A DNA stretch of 61,931 bases, filler included, from Hausera hauseri (lineage: Eukaryota), in assembly GCA_046269625.1 (NCBI GenBank). It is 10 parts of 10 records of this genome, joined end to end, with 100 filler letters (N's around TTAATTAATTAA, not from the genome) between each part and the next. Parts side by side here need not be neighbours in the genome. Positions count along the whole stretch, not along the records: positions 51,088 to 56,780 come from JBJURY010205301.1; positions 56,881 to 61,931 come from JBJURY010350934.1; 8 more parts are not named here. One strand, written 5' to 3'. A model generated the notes under the pieces. It had not been told where the DNA came from. It saw only the letters and a program-made list of their open reading frames with translations, and did no database searches. A program made the translations under genes and the position numbers. Below are positions 51,088 to 61,931 of this stretch, piece after piece (the first letter of the stretch is position 1; the number at the start of each line of letters is the position of its first letter).

Positions 51088-53150
51088 GCCTGAAAGAACT
51101 GAGTCAATGTGCCGTTGGAAAGTTTGTGCTGCTTTCTTTAAACCGAACGGCATGAATACGTATTCGAAAAGACCAAAAGGTGTTATAATGGCCTTTTTTT
51201 AATTGTCTTCAGGTGCTACAGGTATTTGATGGTAGGCTTTTTTCAAGATCTATGGTTGAATAAATTGTTGTCTTGTGTAAGGAATGTAATATATCTTTAA
51301 TCAAAGATAGAGGATAAGCGTCCATAGTAGTGATGTTATTAAGTTGGTGATAATCGCCGCATGGACGGAATGTGCCATCTTTTTTGGGGACGACGTGGAG
51401 TGGTGATGCCCAAGATGATTTCGAGCGCTTTATTATGCCAGCTTGCTCGAGTGCAGAGAATTCCGCTTGTACTGCGTGTCGACGGCGTGGTGAAAGTGGG
51501 CGGAGTTTCTGCCTAACGGGCCTAGGATTTTCTGTGATGATATGATGAAACGTCGTGTTAGCCGATCGGAATGCTGGGTCTTTTTTAATTGTATGGAAAC
51601 AAGACTTGACTAAATATTGTTGCATTTCCTGGCTAAGTGTAGTAAAGGCTGCTGTTATAGCAGGATTTAGTGTGAGAAACGCTAGAAATCGAGTTGGTTT
51701 TGTTGAACTGCTTTTGATGATTCGACGTTGTCTACAATCTACAAGGAGGTTGTAGAAAGATAAGAAATCAGACCCACGTATTAAAGATTGTGTCGGCAAC
51801 GATGAATGTCCAATTGAAAATGTCGGCGAATGGTGGTAAAGTGAATGAAACCTTGGACGTGCCGAAAATGCGTAATGTTTGGTCATTAGCTGTGTACACT
51901 TGTGTTAGATGGTGAGATGGATGGTGTTTTGATGGATGGTGTTAATAAGGAGACAGCTGCCACAGAGTCAATGAGGAAGTTAATTGATTGATTGGGTTTG
52001 AATGTTAAGGAGACTTTTAATGTGAAAACAACGTAGGTACGGCTATCGGAATGAAGACGTTTGCCTGTACCAGTATATGCCGAAACTTCTGGCGGCTTTG
52101 TCAGTTTTTTTTTATAGAAGGATTTGGGTAATCGGTAGAATTACAATGGAATCGGTTAAGTCTACTGGGAAACGTGCAACCGTTGATGCAGTTTCGGGCT
52201 TTATTGCTGAACCTATTATGGTAAATACAAATGATTAGATTTTTGAAAAGCGGTTGTAATGAATTTACACCAAAGCAACATTTGTTTGATTGGTCCTTGA
52301 ATTTAATGTGATAATAGCACACCATAGGTCGAGTTGAGGACCTAGCGGATCTCGAATTTTGCGATGAAGCACGGCTATGATTGGGTGGGAATCGACCTTG
52401 TCGTGGCATGGATAAATTTTCCAGTTTAGAAGTTAAAGCAGAAATAGCTTGGTGTATTGCCGTGTTTTCAACCCGGAGAGCGTTTATTTGGTTATTCAGC
52501 GCTAAGATTTCTGCATTGGGTAATGTCATAGACGATTGTAATATTGCTGCGACAATAGGAGTATGGTGTGTATTTAGTATTTCATAGCTTTTATCAGCCA
52601 ATTGTGCTAACTTTTCTAACGTAGCGGTGTCTTCAATGACGGTTAGTAAAGCGCGTATTTCTTTCGGCAACGATTGGAGGAAATGTCTGCGCAATAAATC
52701 GGTATTGTTGGTCTGGTTCACTCCTAACTTGCTTAATGGGGTTAAAGATGTTTGTAAAAATTCTGAGGGTTTCTGGTTTCTTATCGAATTATCATTGAAA
52801 TATTTTTGAATAATGTTATCCAGAGAAGGTTCCGTGATTTTTAGGATCGAGCTAAAGAGTGTTTTGTATGGATCACCGCTTTGGAAAATTTCCGACAAGT
52901 TTGGAAGCTGCGACTTAATGTTGGAAGGCAAGAGTATAAGCAAGTTGTTTGCTTTAGAAAAGAGTCGACAATATTATTCGACTTCAACCAAGCCGCATGA
53001 AAGTCCAACCACGTGCGGCAGGAATGTTGCATGTCAACGAAGTATTCTATGCAAGGTAGATTTACAGTAGACGACGGAGGTTGATGTTGGACATCGGTTT
53101 CCTGTAACTTTGATAAATTTTTTCTGCATCGATTCATCTGGCATGTCTCT
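51088..53150 (-). mobile_element. Ty3/Gypsy element, CsRn1-like (gag, PR, RT part)
   Basis: Gag QKPSEFL and double CYYH..C/CIYH..C..C; PR FLIDSVA; RT SSWASPLHVVPKKDG..CGDY..LN, MPFGL. Paralogous to the contig-6 element. Confidence 0.92.
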
Positions 53151-53399
53151 AACCGACGATTTAGTACTGGAATGTATACCACAGTCATTAAGATAATTCT
53201 GTAGAAATTGTGAACTATTGTCAAAATTTGAGGTAACCAATTCTTCGGGTAAAATTTTATGTTAACAACTTAGTAGATTCATTAACATATGCATAACAGA
53301 AATATGATAGACTCACCGACCTTTTTTAACGCTATTCTTTAAATCTTCGTGGACTGCAATGATTTCTTTCGTTTCAATGCTTGTCGTCATCGGTAACTG

Positions 53400-56300
53400 A
53401 CAAAGTAATATTTGACATAGTACCGCATGGAAAATGATGAGCAATTCTGGGAAATCATGCCACAATAGAAATATCAGATTGCTGGTACTTTTAGACTATT
53501 TGAACAGGTTTTGGTAGGTGTAGATTCTCGAGATATGGACGTAGAAATGAAAATATATCACAAAGTAATTGCATGTAGAGTCCATGTGTGTATTCCATTG
53601 TTGTACTATGGATCATTTTGGAAATGAACGGTCGATGGGAAATGAGTTCTAACCATGAGAATACGAATGACGGAGCACATTTTGTTCTGCTGTCATTAAA
53701 GGTTTGTGCGAATGCAGTCAGGGAATAATATAGGAACTCGACCATTTGTTCTTCATCAACAAGGTGCTTTCTATGACATTTGTGATTGAAGCTACATACA
53801 AGCATCGCATAAGCATTAATTTCCATAAGCCGGCAATATGATTTGCTATGAATATTGATGTATCTTGTCTCAATAGTTTATGCGCTCGATCAACAATATA
53901 CACTGATGCTAATCGTAGGAATCTCACAAAGGCCTCACCATTGCGTATAAGTTGATGTTGCGTCATCGCGTTGGCAAGATTTTGTACGACAACAACAATT
54001 CGTTGATTACTGGAAAAATTATTCTCCATCCATACACGCAAAATAATTTCGGCCGTCTCTGGCATTGATGGCGGATCATCAAATCCACGTGACGAATTAA
54101 TTCCATTGTACAAATAAATTGATGACGGTGATCTCTCCAGACAACCGAGATCCGTCAATCGGCTAATTCTTGCTAAATTCATTTGGAGTAATTTGGTGAG
54201 TTCCTGATGCAATTTCATTTCTCCATTAGTAGCCAGATCGGATTCACTGAGAAAGGTAAACTCGAGTTTGTCGCTGTTAACAAAATATTTCAATGATTCC
54301 AATTCAATATCTGTAAAATTATTACCAACATTAATACGATCTCTTTGGCCGTATAAAATAACTTGGATCAATTCTTCCGATATTAATCGTCGCCCTTCAG
54401 GTTGGCTATGTTCATAAATCGAAGCCAACACTCTGGAAGCAGTATCTTGTGTAATTTCATCTTTATCACCTGACGTAATCAACATCCGTGAATGCCACAA
54501 TGACAAATTAAAATTCGGAACCCATCCCAAATTCTGAACAATACACAAACACCAAATGGTAACATTATGTCTACTAATGTTGTTGCTTTGCATTAAAATG
54601 TAATGAATTTTGTTTAGAACTAATCGCAGATTGGTTGATATTCCGCTATCTGAATGTTTCAACTGCTCCGTCGGACTACCAAAACGGCGTGAATACCAAC
54701 GACATTTGTTAAGTGAATGGGTTCTCATGACAGTAAAAACCATTGTCTGAGCTATATACTCCGATGTAAAAGTGGATCTTTCATAGAAAATGTTTGCATA
54801 AGAAGTTCAATAATAATTGGTGAAAAATTACTATTAGTTTCACCCATCGCTAATCCAGCGAGTGCTTTTAAAACTCCTCCTTTAGCTTTTGCGTCGTACG
54901 TATCACGAATGTAAGCAAAACACCCTTTAGCAGTAGTAGTTTTTGTTGGCCATTCATCATTTGTTAAGTTACCAACAGTAAGAATTTTCAAAGCATCATA
55001 TTGACCAAAAGACTGAATATATTCGGAGATGATACAGAGTTTCGTGTAAGGAACTAGATTTAATAGACGTTTCCGATAATGCAGCTGTTGTTGAAAGCAC
55101 AATTCCTATAGTTTCCAGAAATAAAACAGTAAACTTCTTAACAAGGACGTTGCGTTTTTGATCTACTAGTCGTTCGAATAGAAACCCTGACTTCAATATA
55201 TGTCCTTGAAAGATAAAATCATGTGGAAAAGCCTTTTGTGCTAATATTTGTTTGTTTACCAGACATAGCAAAGCATCAAGATGAACTTTAATGTATTTTC
55301 TATGGTAGAATCATCTTCGGTTTGCACAGTTAAAATAGTAACAATACTAGCACAGCTTTCTCTGTTAAACAACTCATGAGGACAATCGCATGTAAGAAGA
55401 ACCTTTTTTATTTTTTTAGTATCGCTTTACCATTTCTAAGTATTTTGGTTGACGAACCGGCAACAATTTCTTTTAGGAAATCAACGAAGTAACCTTTTGT
55501 GTAGAAAACCACTTGTAAATACTGGGAATATGCATCAGTAACTATTCGAGTTAGTGAATTAACATCGGATTTGTGTTTCGTGTTGAACAGCATACCCATG
55601 ATCCTATAGATTCGGAGGCGGTAATCCTAGATTTTATAATATAACAGTTTGTGTTCCATATAGTCGGTGAGTCCGACATTCATGGAGAGGATACACATAT
55701 GCATGTACTCAACAACCGGAATCAATTTAATATGATCAACAAATACATTTTTGTCGTATAGTTGAGGGTAATTATTAACCAATTCGACAAATGATTGTAA
55801 CTTGATTTTTTTCATCACGATGTCATGCAAAGTCGTCGGACGATGGAGGTCTGGTAAAACGTTTTCGGCTTCTTTAACAAACTTGCTTGTCTCAAAGTGC
55901 TTCCAATAGCAGGTATCTTGTTGGAATATGGGTTAATGGATAGATAAGTCCAGCAAAGTATACAACCGCTACTCGACATTCATTTTCACTTTGGTTAAAA
56001 TTTTCGTGTAGAACAGCTTCAAGATTACAAGACATCGAATGGTCATTGGACACTCATTGCTTAGAATATGATGGCAATATTTTCCAAATCATTACTACTC
56101 AATAAATCAAATAGTTGAGAAAGGTAACTTTTGTCTTTCAATAAAAATTTGTGATCTCTGGAGAAAATTAACTTGGGGGAATAAATTAAGAGCTTTGACT
56201 TTCAGGTTAGCTTCGTGTTGTTCAATCGGCCTTTGAATAAATAATATTAGATTTTTCAATACTTTATCAGAAACATTCTCCGTGAGTTCAGTCAAATATG

Positions 56301-56700
56301 AATACAACTGAGCAAACAAATTAAATTCCGTTTCAATTTGTTTCGGATGAACAAATTTCCACTGTTCAAGAAACGTAACCGATGTTGACTCTGCCATAGC
56401 TAATGCCAATTTATTGGGCAACGTTATTTTTGAGCGCGTTAAAAGTCCGCCCATTTTAATTTGGATGGCAATTGGAAATCTCGAAAAAAAATATTAGAAT
56501 TCGTTTGATTCAGAGGATCGGTAGTTAGCACTTGAGGAATAAACCAACTGAGAACCAAATTGAGAAAATCAGATTTTTCTCAGTCGATTTGCATGTACAT
56601 GGATTTAGCTTCTTTGTCGACGAGAGAAATAGACGAATAACAGGTATCAGAATGAAAATCCTTCATATTCTGATATTGAAATACAAATCTATCAACAGGT
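53400..56700 (-). pseudogene. CNOT1: CNOT1 (Not1)-like gene, intronless and strongly diverged; homology clear only at 53400-54200
   Basis: FDDPPSMPETAEIILRVW (CNOT1 YDDPPGLxEKAExLLREW), FVRFLRL, PSFVFSWLELISHRPFI, YMQLL..F.FL.PYL, LLWHDFPE. Upstream fragments are unassigned. Confidence 0.7.
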
Positions 56701-56922
56701 GAAGTAGATATTTTCCATGAGAATCCATTCATACGTAATTCCAAATATTTGACACCATTGTAATACGTGTACTGAACGAANNNNNNNNNNNNNNNNNNNN
56801 NNNNNNNNNNNNNNNNNNNNNNNNTTAATTAATTAANNNNNNNNNNNNNNNNNNNNNNNNNNNNNNNNNNNNNNNNNNNNTTATAAACAAAAAATGATTT
56901 TTTTGTACCAGAGAGATAAGTA

Positions 56923-57391
56923 ATGGCGACAGGATTTATAGATATTGAAGCTTTCCAGAATGATAATGCCCGGTACCTGATAAAGGAATTATGCATTATA
57001 TATGACGGTAACATGTTCGAACCGCTTGTATACGTATTTAAGCCCGATGTTGTGTGGAATAACCTGACGGAAAAGGCGAAATTTACAAACAGATTTCTCT
57101 TTCGACATCGTCATGGACTTCACTGGTATGAAGGCGATTCAATTTTCTGTGCGACGTGTATTATGGGAGAGATTTGTGATCGTTTTGACATTGAAAACAC
57201 AATATTATACATTAAAGGTCAGATTGACGGACGAAAGTTTACACAGCTTTATTCGCTGTTTCCCAAGTTGCGAATGACGACGTATTCAACATCAAACGGT
57301 ATCTGGCAATATCCGATGTCCGTATTGTGATCATTGACCGCACTGTGCTTACACGAAATGTCTACGGCTTTGTATTGACTATATTTCATAA
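56923..57391 (+). pseudogene. DEDD-superfamily nuclease-like protein (arenavirus NP-exonuclease/Maelstrom-like motifs), one frameshift and one stop
   Basis: FIDIEAF..KELC..FKP..HGLHW..YIKG; the +1 frame continues CPYCDH*PHCAYTKC. Confidence 0.6.
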
Positions 57392-57519
57392 AAATAAATA
57401 TATATATTTCTCCGTTTCTTTCTTTCTTTCTGTAAATAAGGTCTGCCACATGTTTAGCCGTATGGTCAGTTGAATAATTCAAAAACTATAAATACGTGTA
57501 GGTTATAGTAATAATAATA

Positions 57520-57992
57520 ATCATCACGGAAATAGATAATCAACTAAAGCAATTGCCAAATTTTGATGGATTGTCAATTTGAGACTTGGTACAATGGTGA
57601 CAAGTATTTTATAATGAGCTGGTTGCGAGAGCAGCAGGGGAATTTGGATTTAGACAAGATTTAGTGTCAATAGCATTGATGACAGTAACGGATTGTAGCT
57701 ATTTAGAAAATCTAATTATTGTGTTAAATTTAATGTACATTCACCGATTGTATGATACAAATTACTTTAATACTGTTGAAAAGGTACGCGGTGAATTAAC
57801 GAACTTGAAAGACAAAATAATAGACAAAGTACGAGACTGTCAGTTTATGTGTGATTATGTAAACAAAGAAAAGTGGATACGGTATTCTTAATGTGCGGCC
57901 ATCTCGTTGTTTGTCAAATGTGTTCCACCATATTAACCCAATGTCCATGTAAATGTGCTATAATGGAAACTAAACACATTTATTACGAATGA
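57520..57992 (+). pseudogene. IAP-type UBA-like + coiled-coil + RING-HC protein without BIR domains
   Basis: ARAAGEFGFRQDLVSIAL; after a 1-nt shift, LCVICKQRKVDTVFLMCGHLVVCQMCSTILTQCPCK..HIYYE*. The RING half is duplicated at 57993-58100. Confidence 0.7.
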
Positions 57993-58169
57993 CTTCATCT
58001 CGTTGTTTATCAAATGTGTTGCAACAACACCAAAGCAACCCACCAATATCCAGAATGTAAATGTACTGTAATGGAAATTGTACACATTTATTATGAATAA
58101 ATGAATACATTGACTTTTGTAATGTGTAACTCAACAGCTTCATGAAGTTTATTGGGGTAATTTGTTACA

Positions 58170-61100
58170 ATGACTCTCTATGTAAATGGCCGATTTCCGT
58201 CTGTCTCAGCTGGACTCCTTTAGCCCGCATTTTCTGACCACACTCCGTCAGAAGGCTGTATCACTTTGGGCGTAGGAATATCCATTCGCGATACCAGATA
58301 CGATCTTCACTTTCATCCTCGAAGCAGCCGTTTTATTGTTGATCGCGCTGCTGTACAACAAATGATCCGGTTGATAGTTGGACATGTCCAGTAATCCATC
58401 TAACTGCATTTGCCTCAGTAACTGTTTGCGATTGACGTTTTTTAGCTGCAGGAAAAAGCTGTCTGTATCATCGGAAATTATGTCAATATTGCAGCCGTCA
58501 AACATTTGCTGGTGACGTGCCAGGTAGCGATACTGCAGGTCATACATCCGCAACTTGTTAAGATCCAATACCACTTGTCTGATGTAACTTGGCCGGTCCA
58601 GAATGACTTCGCCTCTCTTTAATAGCCCCGCAACCAATCCATAGGCAATATGCATTGACCGCCAAAACTGTGCCTTGCTGGTATATGTAACCAGCCAATT
58701 TTTCGAGTTACATAGGTATATATTGAGCCGCTTTCAGATTCGCCACTGTTTTTCCGTACAGGGAATTGTTTTTCAGCTTTTAGTAGTACCTTTCGAACTT
58801 TGTACAAGATGCGGCTAGTTCCTCCGAATTTCCATCTATGTACGCTTTGAATACAGGAGCCTGGTCAAATCGGATTGCACGATGCAGCTGTGTGACGCGT
58901 TCACCAAGCTGCACGTAGAACTGTAACAGACGGAAATAAACCACGTAATTCATTTTTGCTTCACGCTCCATAAGCAGTTTCTTCACTTTTGAGCCTGACG
59001 GACATTGGTTAAATGATGCTACCGGTAAATCGTCCAAAACATCATGCAGCTCATCTGGTATCTTGAGATTGACCTACATCAGGTATCTGACTGAGTCTGC
59101 CATGTCTGCTCGTTGTATGTTGACCATTATGTCGTCCAGATTTTATCTGTCTACTATCCATTCAAATGAATCGTACAGTAGGATTCCAAAAGCGCCCAGC
59201 CGTAGAGGTTATTAATATCAATATACAGTAGTGTTGTGATATCGGTAACCCTGACCTGATGTTTGTTGACAAATTTCATGCCGCTGCGAATACCAACATC
59301 AAACAGCCGGTATATTTCCGGATATTGCGGCAGCTCAATGTCTCGATTCAGTGACATTAGAACTGACGCCAAACTCATTCCCGGTATGGAATAAAATTTG
59401 AGTAACTCCAACCTATCTTCCACCAGCGCTTTGGTCCGAAATGCTTCGAACGCGTCGGCTAATAAGTACGAGTCTGGTTTAAGATACCGGAGCATGTAAG
59501 CCAACATGTTTCTACAGCTCAGTTCTGACCAAGATTCTTGTGCTGTCTGATATTCATCTTCTGCGATACGTGTTCGTCGCGGCAGTAATTTCTCTTCTGT
59601 CTAGAGTGGCTCATATGATGTTTCAAAGTCATATGGAAATATGCCTTTGCTGTGTGCAATATATGCAGGGAACTACGTTAGTGCTATCGGCACACATGGC
59701 AAGGCATTTACCAGCTTTGCCAATGATTTGTTGAGAAATTGCAGTGAATGAAGGAAGCGTACCTAGAATCGGTTTACTCGTGGTATTTCTTCACTGTCGT
59801 TGGGATTATGACAGTTCCCAGGGCGGAAGGTCGTTAATGGTCCATTTGAGAATATGATGACAGTCATAACCTCGGAAATTAGGAAAGATCGCCAACAGGA
59901 ATGGTCGCACTCTCCTTTCTAAATTGCATGAATTGCACGCTGCTCCCAAGTATCCACCGGTGAAATGGTCGGGATCCGGTATGAGCCGCTCCTGTGCATC
60001 AAATGGTATTATTTTGTGGCACAGATAGCATTGATCTGTGACAGCAAAAAGCAACAGTTGATATTCGTCTGCCTAAATCAATGGCTGATTGCAATTGTTG
60101 CGATACCACGACGCGATTTTCGTTTCCATTATGGTTTTCAACTTCTTAAGGAAGTCACGTAAACAGTTCTAACCATGGAAAAAGTAATACTGCGGTTGTC
60201 TGGAGGCTTTTATTGGTACTAGAAACATACCAACGGCAATTGTAACGTGCTTTTGATAGTATACATTGTGCCGTGGTAGAATTTCTTCGATATCGGCATA
60301 CATCACATATGCCAAACTGTCCGTTTTAGACCAATCACTGAATCAGAGCTCCTTTTTGACGGGCATGACATACATTGTTGTCCCATATGCGTTTTGCCTG
60401 ATAGCGTGATATGCTTCTCCCACAATGTTTCCGGTCTGAATCCATGCAGACATACAGGACACCATTTGCATCGTATTCACTTTTTGATGAACTGGTCATG
60501 CTCCATGTTCAGCAGTCTATCCAGATTTGTCACTGCCACGTAATGAAAATTTTCGGCCTGCTCCAACAGCAACAAATTTACCGAGCGTCCATTCGTGTTC
60601 CGTCTACGATAAATTATGTCCACATGGGGTTCTTATAAATTTATTATTCTTCCGGTATTTCAACTATTGTGTTGTAGCGAAAAACGTTGATTGGCAGCGT
60701 CAGATTACACCGTTCAAAAGCAGGAATGGTTTTCAGTTTCATCGGCATCTAGCATTCATTAAATTTCAATTCGGAAAAATACTGCCGATACTGATTTGGA
60801 CGATTCACATGTTATCTGTTCACTTCGCTGTACTTTTACACAGCCAGAATACTGTACAGAAAACTGTATTCGTCGTCAGTATTTTGTACATTTACTACCG
60901 TCAGATACTGCTTTCGAGATGCAGGTGTCGGTATGAATGACCATCCAGACAAATATAGCACGTCATTCGACTTTGTTATGATAAAACCGAGTGTGACAGT
61001 GTGTATAATTTGCCATCCACTACCCTTTTCGGTGTAGTTGGCAATTTTCTCATCCACCTTTTCGCCTACATGGGCAATAAAATCTTCCGAATTCAGTACG

Positions 61101-61453
61101 GCTCGATGTGAAAGGTACCATTGTTTCCTGTTAACTCCAACGTTTTTAAATTCTGCCAGTGCATAATATTGCACTTTGCAGTTTTTGAGTTTGAATTTCT
61201 CCACCTCTAATTTCAACCGGCTGCGCACGCTGGACGGAACATGCCTCAGCAGTAGTGTTTTTGTCCCCGATATATTTAATTTCACGTCAATGTACGATTT
61301 GTTTAGATCGTACTTGACAGTAATGACAGGTTCCCGCTGTTGCATCTGCTGCTGCTGCTGCTCGGTACTTTTTCGGATTAAGTCCTCAAGACTTGTTGAA
61401 GCCTGACGTTTCCTGCTTGTTGAGGGGATACTAGTTTTTCTTTTCGCCATCAC
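58170..61453 (-). pseudogene. Polinton pPolB, near full length but heavily frameshifted
   Basis: YTEKGSGW, VVNVQNTDD..FLYSIL, YADIEE, DHFTGGYLGAACNSCNL, NFRGYDCH, YIDINNLYG, YVVY.RLLQFY, RPSYI..VLDLNK, DTDSFF. Confidence 0.93.
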
Positions 61454-61482
61454 TATTTTGTTTTTTGATCGCTGAAACTGGT

Positions 61483-61710
61483 TTAATAGTTTTTGTGCTG
61501 GTTATAAAATTTTTCATAGTTAATTTCATCAACCGTAGAACAACCGGGACAAACGTATGCACGTTTACCGTGCACCGTTGTGGCGCCATAGTACTGCTCC
61601 ATTACACCATGGCAACCATTAACGTTTTGCACTCTACTACTACAGTATCGCGGGTACGTGGGGCAATGCACAACCATCATCTTCCTTGCACGGGAAACGG
61701 GCCAAGATGA
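61483..61710 (-). CDS. Small Cys-rich ORF upstream of pPolB
   Basis: CPTYPRYC..GCHG..YVCPGC, co-oriented with pPolB. No family recognised. Confidence 0.35.
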   Translation of the reverse strand, partial: SSWPVSRARKMMVVHCPTYPRYCSSRVQNVNGCHGVMEQYYGATTVHGKRAYVCPGCSTVDEINYEKFYNQHKNY

Positions 61711-61931
61711 TGCTTGTGCATCGCATAAAAGTCGGAGTGTAGACAAGGGTCCGAATTACTACCTCACGTTGGGCACAAATATGAGTCCGTGCCAACGTAG
61801 TAATATTTAGCCATTTGCTGATGGCACTGTTCTTGCTCCAAATGTATGCGCAAAACGCAATACATGGGATAATTAGTACACTTCTGAATGGAAAACAAAA
61901 TAAAATAAATGTTTTATATTAAGTTATAAAT

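Noticed and set aside
53310-53405. LTR/PBS for the contig-9 Gypsy element (AGGTCGGTGAG, similar to AGGTGGGTGAG at ~39635)
   Set aside because: There is no TGG-initiated PBS and no second LTR copy to confirm boundaries.

Overview
This window is not contiguous. It is ten eukaryotic contigs (1-5910, 6011-12313, 12414-24432, 24533-29980, 30081-34596, 34697-39777, 39878-45433, 45534-50987, 51088-56780, 56881-61931) joined by artificial N-TTAATTAATTAA-N linkers, and most of it is decayed mobile or viral DNA from an animal-type genome. (i) Four Polinton/Maverick (adintovirus-like) fragments carry protein-primed PolB, rve integrase, packaging ATPase, major capsid, two tandem minor capsids and adenain. 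Their cargo includes a DEDD-type nuclease resembling arenavirus NP/Maelstrom and an IAP-type UBA-RING. One AGTAGTAG-ended element is nested inside another element's protease gene. (ii) An unusual Ty3/Gypsy element of at least 12 kb has the order gag, ~3.6 kb of unknown coding sequence, chuvirus-type class III glycoprotein, PR-RT-RH-IN, then a second Cys-rich protein apparently fused to IN. A relative of its 3' end lies on another contig. (iii) One contig has a PPT, a ~3 kb candidate LTR and a tRNA-Met PBS, flanked by RING E3-ligase genes. (iv) Two CsRn1-like Gypsy elements have doubled CHCC fingers. (v) Host genes are two conserved CTR9 exons and intronless, decayed MAP3K4-like and CNOT1-like copies. 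All family assignments come from motifs recognised by eye; no searches were run.
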